Assembly: GCA_009779745.1 (NCBI GenBank)
Contig: WRDR01000002.1
Span: 67,477-131,476, forward strand
Source of the DNA: Alphaproteobacteria bacterium
Lineage (GTDB): Bacteria > Pseudomonadota > Alphaproteobacteria > UBA9219
DNA length: 64,000 bases
Direction: 5' to 3'
Numbering within the stretch: position 1 is the stretch's first letter; every line of letters begins with the position of its first letter. Below the pieces are notes generated by a model, which worked only from the letters and a program-made list of their open reading frames with translations, searched no databases and was not told the DNA's origin. This document shows positions 48,258-59,454 of the stretch, one piece after another. Both the position numbers and the translations under genes were made by a program.

Positions 48258-49697
48258 AGGCAACTCTACAATAAACCTAGCACCGCCATCTTTCCTGTTT
48301 TCCGCGAAGATTCTGCCTTTGTGCGCATTGATTATCTGGCGCGAAATGCTAAGCCCTAAACCGGAGTGCGTTCCGAATTTTTCGTCCTTCGGTCTTTGAG
48401 TATAGAATCTGTCGAATATCGTTTCCAGCTTGTTTTCCGGAATGCCAATGCCGTTGTCTTCTATGATGACAGAGACTGTGTTTTTATCCGTTATAGTTTT
48501 GACATAAATCTTGGAAGAAAAAGAAACAGCATTGTCTATAAGGTTTCTTATAACCTGAGCCAGTTTTCTGTCTATGCCAAAAACAAAAATATTGTCTTCA
48601 ATGTGTGTTTCTATATTTACTTTATTCGCTTTATATGCTTCCGCAACAGAAGAAAGTAATGCCGTCATATTGACAGCTTCCGGAGTTTCTCGGGAAAGCT
48701 CCGCATCAAGCCTCGAGGCATTGGATATATCTGTAACAAGCCTGTTCATTCTGTCTATATCGTCTTTGATGACAGACAGAAGTTTTGCCCTGTCGTTATC
48801 GTCTTTGATTTTTTCCAGAGTCTCGGCAGCACTCCTAAGCGATGTTATGGGATTTTTCAGTTCATGCGCAACATCAGCAGCAAAATTTTCTATGCTGCCA
48901 AGCCGCTTTGAAATAGCACCGGTCAAAGAACGCAACCCTTTTGAAAGCTCGCCTATTTCGTCTTTGCGTTCAGTCATATCAGGAATCTCATGAGTGTTCA
49001 GCCGATATGAAAGACGCATGTCTTCGTCTCCCGTAATCTCTTCGGCTGCGGCAGCAAGCTGCTTAATAGGATTTGCTATTGTGCGCGCAAGATACAAAGA
49101 CAATAAAATCGTTACTCCCAGAACTGCGAAAAATATCTGTATAATATTCAAACGCACATCATGCACAGCTCTTATGACACTCGCACCGGAGCGGGACATG
49201 GTTAGAGCCCCTAAGATTTCTTTATCCGCATTTTGAACTTGAGTTTCTATAGGAACGCTGACTGCCAGCATCGGGTTTCCGTCTTTGTCATACCAAAATT
49301 CCGCGCCGTGTTCTCCTTCTAAAGACTGCACAGCCAAATATTTTATCTTAGAATCCATCTGAGAAGCATCTTCGGATAAATATTCCGTATCCGCGATTAT
49401 TCTATCGGAAGAACTGAACAGCGAAATTCTGTTGTCAATGACCTTTGCCAGCCTGCTCAACATAAGCCTGCTAAGAAGAGGAGATAAAATACTCTGACCG
49501 TCTTCCTCAATGACAATAGCGTTTTCAGCTATGGCGTTGGCGACTATTCTTGCCTGATTCAGCATATCGCGGTGCTGTGTTTTGATAACGCTTTCCTGAT
49601 AGTTGCTGTAATACAGAACGCCGACTGCCAGCATTATCAACGCAATCACATTAGGAATCAGTATTTTTATTCGCAAAGAAGAGCGGTTCATAGTCAT
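48249..49697 (-). CDS. Sensor histidine kinase (ChvG/ExoS-like)
   Basis: Two TM segments plus a periplasmic domain. HAMP. H-box [12 protein letters not shown]1 and G2 boxes. Confidence 0.85.
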   Translation of the reverse strand: MTMNRSSLRIKILIPNVIALIMLAVGVLYYSNYQESVIKTQHRDMLNQARIVANAIAENAIVIEEDGQSILSPLLSRLMLSRLAKVIDNRISLFSSSDRIIADTEYLSEDASQMDSKIKYLAVQSLEGEHGAEFWYDKDGNPMLAVSVPIETQVQNADKEILGALTMSRSGASVIRAVHDVRLNIIQIFFAVLGVTILLSLYLARTIANPIKQLAAAAEEITGDEDMRLSYRLNTHEIPDMTERKDEIGELSKGLRSLTGAISKRLGSIENFAADVAHELKNPITSLRSAAETLEKIKDDNDRAKLLSVIKDDIDRMNRLVTDISNASRLDAELSRETPEAVNMTALLSSVAEAYKANKVNIETHIEDNIFVFGIDRKLAQVIRNLIDNAVSFSSKIYVKTITDKNTVSVIIEDNGIGIPENKLETIFDRFYTQRPKDEKFGTHSGLGLSISRQIINAHKGRIFAENRKDGGARFIVELPLM

Positions 49698-50416
49698 TCC
49701 TTAAATTTATACCCTACTCCGTAAAGAGTCTCTATGTGAGAAAAATCCGGATCCGTCTCTTTGAATTTTTTCCGCAGCCTTTTCACGTGACTGTCAATAG
49801 TTCTGTCGTCTACGTAAATAGACTCTCCGTAAGCAGCGTCCATAAGCTGGTCTCTGGTTTTTACATGTCCGGGAATCTGCGCTATGCTTTCCAGCAGAAG
49901 ATATTCCGTAACAGTAAGCTCTATATGTTTGCCCTTCCATGTGCAGAGGTGCCGCGCTTTATCAATAGTAAGATCTCCTCTTACAATTAAAGAGCTGTTA
50001 TCCGCGCCGGGAGCTTTACGAACCGACTGCCGCCGCAAAAGAACTTTTATGCGCTCTATTAATAGTTTCTGAGAAAAAGGTTTTTTAATGTAGTCATCAG
50101 CTCCCATTCTAAGCCCCATAAGCTCGTCTACCTCATCATCTTTAGAAGTCAGAAATATTACCGGAGTTTGTGAAATAGAAGCATCACCGCGAATTTTCTG
50201 AAGCAGCTCCATGCCGTTAAGCTGAGGCATTTTTATATCCAGAATTATTGCATCAGGAGGATTCTGTTTTATCATAGCGACAGCCTTAATGCTCTCAGAG
50301 CAAACAGAGACTTTAAAGTCCTCTGCTTCCAGAGCTATTTTTACGGAAGTCAGAATGTTTTCATCGTCATCAACCAACAAAAGGCGAGGCATTAAATCAG
50401 TATTCGGTTTCGGCAT
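49694..50416 (-). CDS. OmpR-family response regulator (ChvI-like)
   Basis: REC domain ([12 protein letters not shown]). Winged-helix Trans_reg_C. Confidence 0.88.
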   Translation of the reverse strand: MPKPNTDLMPRLLLVDDDENILTSVKIALEAEDFKVSVCSESIKAVAMIKQNPPDAIILDIKMPQLNGMELLQKIRGDASISQTPVIFLTSKDDEVDELMGLRMGADDYIKKPFSQKLLIERIKVLLRRQSVRKAPGADNSSLIVRGDLTIDKARHLCTWKGKHIELTVTEYLLLESIAQIPGHVKTRDQLMDAAYGESIYVDDRTIDSHVKRLRKKFKETDPDFSHIETLYGVGYKFKE

Positions 50417-50523
50417 TTTTTATCCTTAATATTATATACATCTCTATTATAAGCACTTTTTAAATCACATAAAAGCCTTTTTCTGTTCCGGTTTACATGT
50501 TACCATGCAGCGAATGATTCGAA

Positions 50524-51414
50524 GTGTCAACTATCGAAAGCTTTAATATGTCTGCAACAATATACAAATTAGATAAAAACTCTTTTGAAGACAGCGTTCG
50601 GCTCAATAATCTGGAAGTCCGGCTGGCAGTAAGCACTGACGAGGTGCAGGCTGCTCAAGAACTGAGATATAAAGTTTTTTACGAGGAAATGGGCGCAAAA
50701 CCCAATGCCGAGACTCTTAAGCTCAAACGCGATTTTGATATTCATGACGAGCACTGCGACCATCTGCTTTTGTTTGATCACGCCAATAAAAAGAAAACAA
50801 CCGTAGTCGGCACATACAGACTCATACGAAGAGTTGCCGCAGAAAAAACAGGCGGGTTTTATTCCAGCAGCGAATACGACATAACAAAACTATTGGACTA
50901 CCCGGGCGAGATTTTAGAACTGGGACGCTCCTGTATTGATGCAGAGTACCGCACCGGCCCTGTCATGCAGCTTTTATGGCGCGGTCTCGGTATTTATGTT
51001 GCGAAAAACAACATATCTCTTATGTTCGGCTGCGCCTCGCTTCCGGGCACTGATATCGAGGCTTTGAAGGTTCCTCTTTCTTATTTATATTATCATCACC
51101 TTGCGCCGCCGGCACTGCTGACAAAAGCTCTGCCTGAGCAGTACATCGATATGCGCCTTCTGCCGAAAGAGGCTTTTAATCCAGATACTGCATTTAACGA
51201 GCTGAAACTGGATCCCAGAGGCGGCAACAACAGTCTGCCTCCGCTGATTAAGGGCTATATAAGAGTCGGCGGTTTTGTAGGAGACGGGGCTGTTATTGAC
51301 CATCAGTTCAATACTACGGACATCTGCATTATTGTGAAAACGGATTTAATGACAAGGAGGTATAAAAAGCATTATGATCTCGGATCCGATACCGGATTAA
51401 TTTTGCCTGAATAA
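50524..51414 (+). CDS. olsB: Ornithine-acyl-ACP N-acyltransferase OlsB (GNAT; often annotated as putative hemolysin)
   Basis: Family homology (ELRYKVFYEEMGA...). Position directly upstream of the OlsA-type acyltransferase. Confidence 0.75.
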   Translation: MSTIESFNMSATIYKLDKNSFEDSVRLNNLEVRLAVSTDEVQAAQELRYKVFYEEMGAKPNAETLKLKRDFDIHDEHCDHLLLFDHANKKKTTVVGTYRLIRRVAAEKTGGFYSSSEYDITKLLDYPGEILELGRSCIDAEYRTGPVMQLLWRGLGIYVAKNNISLMFGCASLPGTDIEALKVPLSYLYYHHLAPPALLTKALPEQYIDMRLLPKEAFNPDTAFNELKLDPRGGNNSLPPLIKGYIRVGGFVGDGAVIDHQFNTTDICIIVKTDLMTRRYKKHYDLGSDTGLILPE

Positions 51415-51415
51415 A

Positions 51416-52210
51416 ATGACAATGACTGCATATATTCTCTTGCCAATAAGAATCTTTTTGTTTTTTGTATTTTTATTCGTAATAGTTCCGTTCGGCTTTA
51501 TTTGCAAAAAGCTGGCTCCGGCTTTTGCATATAAGGCTGCGCGGTTTGCACATAAATACCTATACATTATCTCCGGACTGCGAATAAACATCATAGGCAC
51601 TCCGTCTAAAACCGCTCCTACGCTGTTTGCGTCCAATCATGTTTCGTACTTGGATATTCCGGTTCTGGGCTATATAGTGCTGTGCCGTTTTATAGCTAAG
51701 TCAGAAGTAGCGGCATGGCCCGTGTTTGGTTTTTTATCCAAGCTGCAGAACACTATTTTCATAGAGAGAAAGCCTGCTCAAAGTCTCGAACAAAAGAACG
51801 AATTATTAGAGAGCATAGAAAACAAAGACAACCTTGTGTTTTTTCCGGAAGGCACTTCTTCCAACGGAGAAAGCGTGCTGCCGTTTAAAAGCAGTCTGTT
51901 CAGCATAACAGAGACTGCGAAAAAAGAGGGACTGCATATGTTAGTGCAGCCTGTTTCCATAGTCTTAAGAAAAATAAACGGGAAACCAGTAACAACAGAG
52001 GACAGAGCAATTTACGCATGGTACGGAGATATGACGCTGGTACCGCATTTACTGAAAGTGTGGCAGCAGAAGAGTATAGATGTAGATGTTATTTTTCATG
52101 AAGTGCTGGATCCGTATTCTTTTGAAAACAGAAAAACGCTGGCGCACAGAGCGTGGGAGATGGTGAAATTAAGTGTGGAGTGTGGAGCTAGTACGTATTC
52201 CCTCCCTTAA
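51416..52210 (+). CDS. olsA: Lyso-ornithine lipid O-acyltransferase OlsA (PlsC family)
   Basis: NHVSYLDIP (HX4D) and FPEGTSSNG motifs. The last ~13 aa are repeat-encoded. Confidence 0.75.
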   Translation: MTMTAYILLPIRIFLFFVFLFVIVPFGFICKKLAPAFAYKAARFAHKYLYIISGLRINIIGTPSKTAPTLFASNHVSYLDIPVLGYIVLCRFIAKSEVAAWPVFGFLSKLQNTIFIERKPAQSLEQKNELLESIENKDNLVFFPEGTSSNGESVLPFKSSLFSITETAKKEGLHMLVQPVSIVLRKINGKPVTTEDRAIYAWYGDMTLVPHLLKVWQQKSIDVDVIFHEVLDPYSFENRKTLAHRAWEMVKLSVECGASTYSLP

Positions 52211-52226
52211 AAAGGGAAGGGGAATA
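52168..52226. repeat. Fused repeat: GTGGAG-family arm (aagtgtggagtgtggagctagtacgtattcc) joined to palindrome attccctcccttaaaaagggaaggggaat
   Basis: Read directly. Spans the olsA stop. Confidence 0.6.
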
Positions 52227-52228
52227 TA

Positions 52229-54769
52229 TTACCTTGATGATTCCAGCAAGCTCTTAAACAACTCTGTCTGCTTTTCCAGCTGAATGCGCATTGACAGCTC
52301 GGTGCTCTTGCCGGTTGCTCCTGCGTTCGCCAGCATCAGCGTAGCCCTGGACGTATTATCCCGTATTTCTGAGTTAAGCCTCTTCAATTCTTCTATCCGC
52401 GATACGTTCTCATCAACCTTATCCGCCAAATTGCTTATTACCGCATATATCGCTTCTTTCACATCTCCGGGCAGCATAGAGGTAAACTCCATAGATCTTA
52501 TATTCAACGCCGCCAAATCCTCCAGCCTTTGAGCTAAGTTAGACACGTTGCTGCTAAGCTTAGACAGCTCTTCGCCGGACTCCGTGCTTTGAACTCCTTC
52601 GTTCTTCTGAGACAACAACAATGAACATACTGTCTCTAAAGTGCCTATAACCGCAGTTAGGTTTTCTTCTCCTTTTATCTTATCTCCTCCTTCCGCAGCC
52701 GCCGTGTGCTTTGACGAGGCTATTCTGTCAAAGCCTTCCGACATATGCGTTTCGTGCGATGCAATCAGTCCTTTCATTTTATCAATAGCCGCAACAATCG
52801 TACTATTCTGTTCTTTAACAGAGGATACTTCTCTTTCTATTCCTCCGAACGCAGAACCTAACGCCGCAATCTGTCTCAGCACCAGATTCTGCTGGGAAAC
52901 TGTCGCACTGTTTATCTCTTCGCTGGACGGCATTTTGCCCATACTCTCGGAAAGCGACACTATGGAATCCTGTATTCCTTTTATTGTGACTCCTATAGTA
53001 CTAAGCTGGCTTGAATAGTTCGGAACATCTGTCGGCTTAGAAACCTCTCCCACAGAATCCTGTACTCCTTGCTGAATGCCTTGTATGGCTTTTTCTATCT
53101 CATTAAATTTCTCAGAGTAATCGGGTATAGCTATGCTTCCCATAGAATCCTGTATGTTTCTGCGTATGCCTCTTATAGCCTCTTCTATCTCTTTGAACTT
53201 GTCCGCATAGTCAGGAATATTAATATTTCCTGAAATACTTTTCATTGAGTTCTGCAGCCCATGTACTGCTTTTGCCATATCGGTGAACTGCGCAGAGTAA
53301 TCGTGAGTGCCTGTTGATTTAGTCAACGCCGCTACGGAATTCTTAACGTTAGTTGTAGTTTCAGACAGCACTTTGCCGCTGGCTTGAAACAGATTGATAG
53401 CTCCAAACAGCCTCTGTCCCAGCTCGTCAGCCGTAGAGGACAGTTTCTTCAAAGTATCGGACGAGGACTCTAAGTTAGCGCGCAGACTTATTTCTCCGGA
53501 CATTATAGCCTGCAGGGTCCGCGTCAGCAGCTTGCCGGTAATTTTCGTAATGTCAGCCAGATTGTCAACTTTCTCTTTCATAGAGGGCAGTATGGATCCA
53601 AACTGATCGGCTGCATTTGCATGGGCATTCTTCACCATACTCATAGAATTCGTCATATCCCGGACTGCCTGACCTAATATCTGATCGTTTCTCTTGCCAA
53701 GTTTGCTAACTTCTTCAAACACGCTGTCAATCTTAGAGGAAGCTGCTTCCATCGAAGAAGACTGCTTTTCAAACGTAGACGATATCGCCAATGCTTTTTC
53801 TCTGATTACCTCGGAATCGCCGGACAGCGACTTCATCATAGCCTCGAACAGAGAGCGGGAGCCTCCTTCAAAACGCAGTCTCACAGGCCCCTGATCGCTC
53901 ATCACCGATATGTCCGGCATATGGCTGAAGTGGTAGCGCGCCATGTCTATGGAACGGGCAAGCTCTCCTATAAGGTCCTGCCGCTCGATGCCCCAGATAG
54001 CAGTTCTCATATCGCCGTGCGACATGTTCTGAATGCTTTGCGTCAGAGAAGTAAGCGGAGACTTAGTCAGTCTCACGACTTTATTCACCCAGAAAATACA
54101 CCCTATCATAGAGAGCAGAGCAAAAATGCTGAAAATAGTAATGACTCCGGACCAAAAATTTATTTCTCTCTGATGAGTCAGCATAGAAGCCTTGTTATAA
54201 TCGGCTCTATATTTTTCCACTACCAATAGCGCAGAAGACAGAGGCAATAAATCGTACGGCGTAAGCTTTATAAACTGTTCTTCCGAAGCGGATGCCGTAA
54301 TCTTAATATCCAAATCCGAAGAGTCTTCTTCCGGTTCTTCTGCAAACGGAAGCTCTATCTTGCCAAGAACATTAAAAAACATGCTGTAAATAGCTTGCAA
54401 ATCTTCTTTTTTCCGTAAGTCCTGCGTTCCAGAGAGGCTGGCAATCGCCTTATCCGCCGCTTTGAGACTATCCTGCATTTTGCCGATGAGGACAAAATTC
54501 GGATTCATATAGTAATCCTGAGCAGCTCCTAAAAAGCCGGAATATCCTAAATGCGAGAAAACAGCGGAAACAGCGGATTCGCTTTCATTGCCGGTATTTT
54601 TTTGATTCTCCGTTGTTTCCCACAGCGCAGTTCCTGCCGTGTCTATCCGGTATTTGGAATAGCCAATTCCCACAAAGAGTACTACGTTTATGAATAATAC
54701 AACGCATAGCAATACAAAAGACGTTTTTTCATTAAGAAATGAAAAGCATGATTCTTGGTGCTGCTGCAT
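52229..54769 (-). CDS. Large membrane protein (846 aa): two TM helices, a HAMP-like linker, and long coiled-coil regions including ~27-aa tandem repeats
   Basis: TM1 LLCVVLFINVVLFVGIGY. TM2 ITIFSIFALLSMIGCIFWV, followed by HAMP-like LTSLTQSIQNMSHGDMRTAI..ELARSI. Repeats IPDY(A/S)(D/E)KF(K/N)EIE(E/K)AI(R/Q)GI appear three times. No MCP signalling or kinase domain was recognised. Confidence 0.5.
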   Translation of the reverse strand: MQQHQESCFSFLNEKTSFVLLCVVLFINVVLFVGIGYSKYRIDTAGTALWETTENQKNTGNESESAVSAVFSHLGYSGFLGAAQDYYMNPNFVLIGKMQDSLKAADKAIASLSGTQDLRKKEDLQAIYSMFFNVLGKIELPFAEEPEEDSSDLDIKITASASEEQFIKLTPYDLLPLSSALLVVEKYRADYNKASMLTHQREINFWSGVITIFSIFALLSMIGCIFWVNKVVRLTKSPLTSLTQSIQNMSHGDMRTAIWGIERQDLIGELARSIDMARYHFSHMPDISVMSDQGPVRLRFEGGSRSLFEAMMKSLSGDSEVIREKALAISSTFEKQSSSMEAASSKIDSVFEEVSKLGKRNDQILGQAVRDMTNSMSMVKNAHANAADQFGSILPSMKEKVDNLADITKITGKLLTRTLQAIMSGEISLRANLESSSDTLKKLSSTADELGQRLFGAINLFQASGKVLSETTTNVKNSVAALTKSTGTHDYSAQFTDMAKAVHGLQNSMKSISGNINIPDYADKFKEIEEAIRGIRRNIQDSMGSIAIPDYSEKFNEIEKAIQGIQQGVQDSVGEVSKPTDVPNYSSQLSTIGVTIKGIQDSIVSLSESMGKMPSSEEINSATVSQQNLVLRQIAALGSAFGGIEREVSSVKEQNSTIVAAIDKMKGLIASHETHMSEGFDRIASSKHTAAAEGGDKIKGEENLTAVIGTLETVCSLLLSQKNEGVQSTESGEELSKLSSNVSNLAQRLEDLAALNIRSMEFTSMLPGDVKEAIYAVISNLADKVDENVSRIEELKRLNSEIRDNTSRATLMLANAGATGKSTELSMRIQLEKQTELFKSLLESSR

Positions 54770-54929
54770 GGATTTTCTTATAAATTTAGTGAGTTGTTTA
54801 ACTTATGGTTAACAAGCGTTCATTATGGTAAATTTTTGTTAAGAAATCAAGTTATTTAAAATATTGGGGATAAGTTTCAAGACTATATGAGCGTTTTTTA
54901 ATCTCTAATCTGAGATTTTGCTAGGTTAT

Positions 54930-56068
54930 CTATACGTTTATTCCTGTTCTGGATATCCGCAGTCCTCTGTGGATAGAAATGGATAACAATAGTCCGTAAC
55001 CTATCAGGAAGGTCATCATAGCGGTTCCTCCGTATGAGACTAAGGGCAGAGGTATGCCTACGACCGGGATTAATCCGGAAATCATGGCTACGTTGATAAA
55101 CACGTATAAAAACATAGACATAGTTATCCCGAATGCCGCCAGTCTTCCGAACTGATTGCGGCAGGACAGCGCAACCATAGAGCCGTACAGTATTAATATA
55201 GCATACAGTCCCAAAAGGAATAATGCTCCTACCATTCCGAATTCTCAGATAAAACTACGAAAATAAAGTCCGTGTGTTTTTCCGGCAGAAACTGCAGCTG
55301 GCTTTGAGTGCCTTGTCCGAAGCCCCGTCCTGTCAAGCCTCCGGAACCCATGGCTATTTTTGACTGCAATATATTGTATCCATGACCCAGCGGATCTTTA
55401 TCAGGGTCAAGAAACGTGGCTATTCTCGCCTTTTGGTAATCATGAAGTTTTGTCCATGCTATAGGCAATGCGCAGAATATTACCAAAAACAATATTACAA
55501 ACTTCCACCACTTTACGCCTGCGGCAAAAAAAATGGCTCCGCTTACCGCCAGCAATATCAGTGCTGTTCCGAGGTTAGGCTGTAAAAGCACTAATGCGGC
55601 GGGAACCAGCGCTATAATAGTCGGCGGCAGCAGTTTAAACGGGTTGGCTATCTCATTCAAAGAAAGCTCGTGGAAATACTTTGAGAGCATCAATATAAGT
55701 GCGATTTTCATAAGTTCGGACGGCTGTATGACCAGGAATCCCAGATTTATCCACCTTTGGGCACCCATTCCTATGTGTCCCATAATTTCTACTGCGATAA
55801 GCAGTACTAAGACTATCCAATAAAACGGTACTGCAATCCTAAGCCATACTTTTATATCGGTTAACGCTATGCCTATCATAAGGCACATGCCTGCTCCGAA
55901 GCGAATCAGCTGCGGCAATGCCCACGGATACCAGTTCTTCCCTCCGGCAGAATACAAAAGAGCTATGCCTAATAATCCCATTATCAGGACGACAAAAACT
56001 ATTCCCCAGTTCAGGAGCTTCAGCTTGTCGGTCAGACTTAGATTTTCTTCTTTTATAAAATTGGACAT
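54930..56068 (-). pseudogene. rodA: SEDS-family peptidoglycan polymerase RodA/FtsW interrupted by a -1 frameshift near 55240-55246. It is split into 293-aa and 101-aa ORFs.
   Basis: N-terminal part ends ...[15 protein letters not shown]. The other frame continues [14 protein letters not shown]...PLPLVSYGGTAM. Restoring one base in gagaattcgg gives the canonical ...[12 protein letters not shown].... Confidence 0.6.
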
Positions 56069-56074
56069 TATTAT

Positions 56075-56200
56075 TAGTGTGAAGTGTGGAGTGTGGAATT
56101 TTATAGACAAATAGCATGAGGCATACTAGATTGCTCTTGTTTAAAAAGCAATTTTTTTATATTTGCTAACTCCACATTTCACACTCTACACTTCACACTA
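56075..56200. repeat. Hairpin repeat, GTGGAGTG family with a 67-nt spacer: tagtgtgaagtgtggagtgtggaatt ... aactccacatttcacactctacacttcacacta
   Basis: Read directly. Accounts for the artefactual [15 protein letters not shown]-terminal extension of the rodA ORF. Confidence 0.75.
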
Positions 56201-56214
56201 ATCGAAGGGTTTCC

Positions 56215-56874
56215 ATGCGTTCTGCCGTTATAATTTTCCCCGGATCCAATTGCGAGAAAGATGTTGCCGTTGCTCTTAAAAAGACTACGGGCAAAACTCC
56301 TTACATGGTTTGGCACGCAGACACTCTGCCGGATGTCGACCTCATAGTCCTTCCGGGCGGCTTTTCTTACGGCGATTATTTGCGCACAGGTGCTTTGGCT
56401 GCAAGGTCTCCTATTATGCAGGAAGTCAAATGCAGAGCCGCTAAAGGAGTCCGGGTATGGGGAATCTGCAACGGTTTTCAAGTGCTCTGCGAATCAGGTC
56501 TTTTGCCCGGCATTCTTCTAAGAAATAAAAGCATGAAGTTTATTTGCAAGAGAGTTTCTCTCAGAGTAGAAAACACTGATTCAGATTTTACCAGACTTTG
56601 TTCTAAGGGACAGTCTCTGGAAATGATAATTGCGCACGGAGACGGCAACTATTTTGCGAGTCCGGACATTATCAAAGAACTGGAAGACAACGGGCGGGTT
56701 GCTTTCAAATATAATCAGAATCCCAACGGCTCTATTAATGACATAGCCGGCATACTGAATGAAACTAAAAATGTTCTGGGCATGATGCCTCACCCTGAGA
56801 GAGTAATGGAGCCGCTTCACGGCGGCACAGACGGCAGAATACTGTTTGACAGCGTTGTCAAAGTGCTTGCGTAA
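56215..56874 (+). CDS. purQ: Phosphoribosylformylglycinamidine synthase subunit PurQ
   Basis: GATase1 catalytic GICNGFQVL. His/Glu near the C-terminus (MMPHPER). Confidence 0.9.
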   Translation: MRSAVIIFPGSNCEKDVAVALKKTTGKTPYMVWHADTLPDVDLIVLPGGFSYGDYLRTGALAARSPIMQEVKCRAAKGVRVWGICNGFQVLCESGLLPGILLRNKSMKFICKRVSLRVENTDSDFTRLCSKGQSLEMIIAHGDGNYFASPDIIKELEDNGRVAFKYNQNPNGSINDIAGILNETKNVLGMMPHPERVMEPLHGGTDGRILFDSVVKVLA

Positions 56875-57475
56875 TAAACACTCTCTCGTCTATGATGTTT
56901 ACTCTGTTGTCCGCTATCATTTTAAGAGCTTCTACATAGGCTTTGTGTTCTTCTTGAAGGACTCTTTGCCCTAGAGTTTCTTCCGTATCGCCTTCCAATA
57001 TCGGAACTGCTTTTTGAACTATGATTGGTCCGTGATCCATTTCCGCTCTCAAGAAATGCACTGTGCAGCCTGTAATTTTCGCTCCGTATTCCAGAGCTTC
57101 CTTATGTGTTTTCGTTCCTTTGAATGACGGCAGTAAAGAAGGGTGTATATTCACTATCCTGTCTGTCCAGCGTTCTGTAAACCAAGCAGTCAAGAGCCTC
57201 ATAAAACCTGCTAGGCATACCAGTTGTACGTTGTGCTCTGTCAGCACTTTGTCTATTACCTCTTCAAAGGACTGTCTGTCCTCATAGTTCTTGTGAGGTA
57301 TAACTATAGCCGGTATGTTGTGCGCTTTTGCAAACTCTAATCCTTTAGCATCCGCTTTATTAGAAATAACACACGCAACCTGAGCCGATATCTCACCTCT
57401 CTCACACGCTTCTATGATAGAAGCCATATTAGAGCCTCTGCCGGAGATTAGTATTCCTATTTTTAAATCACTCAT
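56858..57475 (-). CDS. purN: Phosphoribosylglycinamide formyltransferase
   Basis: [10 protein letters not shown]...[10 protein letters not shown] formyl-transferase motifs. Confidence 0.9.
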   Translation of the reverse strand: MSDLKIGILISGRGSNMASIIEACERGEISAQVACVISNKADAKGLEFAKAHNIPAIVIPHKNYEDRQSFEEVIDKVLTEHNVQLVCLAGFMRLLTAWFTERWTDRIVNIHPSLLPSFKGTKTHKEALEYGAKITGCTVHFLRAEMDHGPIIVQKAVPILEGDTEETLGQRVLQEEHKAYVEALKMIADNRVNIIDERVFITQAL

Positions 57476-58506
57476 TTCAAGACTCCTATACTATACACCG
57501 TCTCGCCCTCTTTCCTCAAAATCTCTGCTACCGCATCAACACTCTCTGCCTTCACAATAATTGCCATGCCAATGCCGCAGTTAAAAGTTCTCAGCATCTC
57601 TTTCTGATCTACATTCCCTTTAGCCGCAAGCCATTTAAATACCTTTGGCATTTCCCAGCTCGTCTCGTCCAGCTTTACCTTTAAATGAGGAGGCAGTACT
57701 CTTGGAATATTCTCTAAAAGCCCTCCGCCTGTTATATGAGCCATTCCTTTTATAGCATCTCCGGTCTCACGAATAGCTTTCAGCAGCGGCTTAACATATA
57801 TTCTAGTGGGAGTCAGCAACGCATCCGCTACTGTCTTCCCCGCAGCAAACGGAGCTGCATCTGAATACTTAAGATTCTCTCTTTCTAAAATCTTACGTAC
57901 CATAGAAAATCCGTTGCTGTGCAGTCCCGAAGAAGCCAGACCCAAAACTATATCCCCCTCTTTCATAGAATCCATGTTCGGCAGTATTTTTGTTCTTTCC
58001 ACTGTTCCTACGGAAAAGCCTGCCAAATCATAATCGCCCTTTCCGTACATATCAGGCATCTCGGCAGTCTCACCGCCAATCAATGCGCAGCCTGCTATTT
58101 TGCAGCCCTCGGCAATTCCGGCTATAACGCTTTTAGCCTTCTCTACGTCCAGTTTGGCACTCGCAAAATAATCCAAGAAGAACAAGGGTCTGGCACCCTG
58201 TACAATAATATCATTAACGCACATAGCTACAAGATCAATGCCTACGAACTTGTGATTATCAGCATCTATTGCAATACGCAGCTTTGTTCCTACTCCGTCC
58301 GTAGAGCTTACCAGTATGGGGTCTTTGAAACCGGCAGCCTTAACATCAAACAAAGCTCCAAAACCCCCAAGACCTGCCATAGTTCCGGCTATAGAAGTCG
58401 CCTTTGCCATAGGCTTTATAGCCTCTACCAGAGCATTTCCGTTGTCTACACTGACTCCGGACGAAGCATATGTATTTTTTTCTGTCATCTTTACAAAGCC
58501 TTTCAT
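57472..58506 (-). CDS. purM: Phosphoribosylformylglycinamidine cyclo-ligase (AIR synthetase)
   Basis: AIRS N- and C-terminal domains ([15 protein letters not shown]). Confidence 0.92.
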   Translation of the reverse strand: MKGFVKMTEKNTYASSGVSVDNGNALVEAIKPMAKATSIAGTMAGLGGFGALFDVKAAGFKDPILVSSTDGVGTKLRIAIDADNHKFVGIDLVAMCVNDIIVQGARPLFFLDYFASAKLDVEKAKSVIAGIAEGCKIAGCALIGGETAEMPDMYGKGDYDLAGFSVGTVERTKILPNMDSMKEGDIVLGLASSGLHSNGFSMVRKILERENLKYSDAAPFAAGKTVADALLTPTRIYVKPLLKAIRETGDAIKGMAHITGGGLLENIPRVLPPHLKVKLDETSWEMPKVFKWLAAKGNVDQKEMLRTFNCGIGMAIIVKAESVDAVAEILRKEGETVYSIGVLK

Positions 58507-58536
58507 TTGTAGTAAAAATTAACCAAATATTATGAT

Positions 58537-59448
58537 ATGATGAATTTTTACAAGGAGTACAGTATGTACGCTAAAAAATCAATACTTATCGCAGCACTGG
58601 CTTTTGTTCTTGTGCCTTGCTCTTACGCATCGGCGCAGGTGCCGGAATCCGCTCAGAAGAAATTTCAAGAAGCGGCTCCTGTTGAGGACTTCGGAGACGA
58701 TTCTCTGGCCTATGACGAGGCTAAATCTCATGAAGAATCCAAAATGCTGACCGAGGCTGCGCCGGCAGAGCCTGCCAGCGACTATGTCGCGGACGAGCCT
58801 TATACTATCTCCGATGTCTACATAGATCTCAAATCCATACCTGTTTCAAAGGCAAGAGATCAGGCTTTGATGCAGGCTCAAAGACTTGCATACAGAAGCC
58901 TCTGCCAGCGTTTTGCAGTCCAAGATAATTCCGATAAATTATCTGATGACGACATTGCAAATATTGTAAGAAGTTTTGAAATGCAGAAAGAACAGATTTC
59001 TGCTGCCCGCTACATAGGCGTTTTCAAAATCTCCTTCAAAGAAGAGGCTGCTAAAAAACATCTGTTCGACTCTAAAAATGTGTTTTCCGAGAGTGCGTCT
59101 AAGAGCGGTTTTCAGGCTCCGGAACCCTTAAATAAACCGGAAGAAGCTGTTTTATATACTCCGGACTATATGAAGCATGAGAATAATGTGCCGCAGCATA
59201 CATCTATGTTTACCATAAAGGCTGATGTTGCAGCCGCTTCTTCAGAAGCATGGGGAAAGATACGGTCAAAAATATCCAGCATTCCGGCAGTAACAGATAT
59301 AAAAATGGAAGGTCTGGGCAACGGGATTGTGAAGATTAATCTGTCTTTCAACACCAGCATTCAGAACCTTGCTCAAATGCTCTCTGACAGAAACCTGCTG
59401 CTGCGGCAGGTTTCTTATGATGTTTACGAAATATATGAAATGGGCTGA
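58537..59448 (+). CDS. Secreted hypothetical protein (signal peptide, acidic N-terminal region)
   Basis: Signal peptide ...SYASA/QV. No motif recognised. Confidence 0.5.
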   Translation: MMNFYKEYSMYAKKSILIAALAFVLVPCSYASAQVPESAQKKFQEAAPVEDFGDDSLAYDEAKSHEESKMLTEAAPAEPASDYVADEPYTISDVYIDLKSIPVSKARDQALMQAQRLAYRSLCQRFAVQDNSDKLSDDDIANIVRSFEMQKEQISAARYIGVFKISFKEEAAKKHLFDSKNVFSESASKSGFQAPEPLNKPEEAVLYTPDYMKHENNVPQHTSMFTIKADVAAASSEAWGKIRSKISSIPAVTDIKMEGLGNGIVKINLSFNTSIQNLAQMLSDRNLLLRQVSYDVYEIYEMG

Positions 59449-59454
59449 TGAAAA

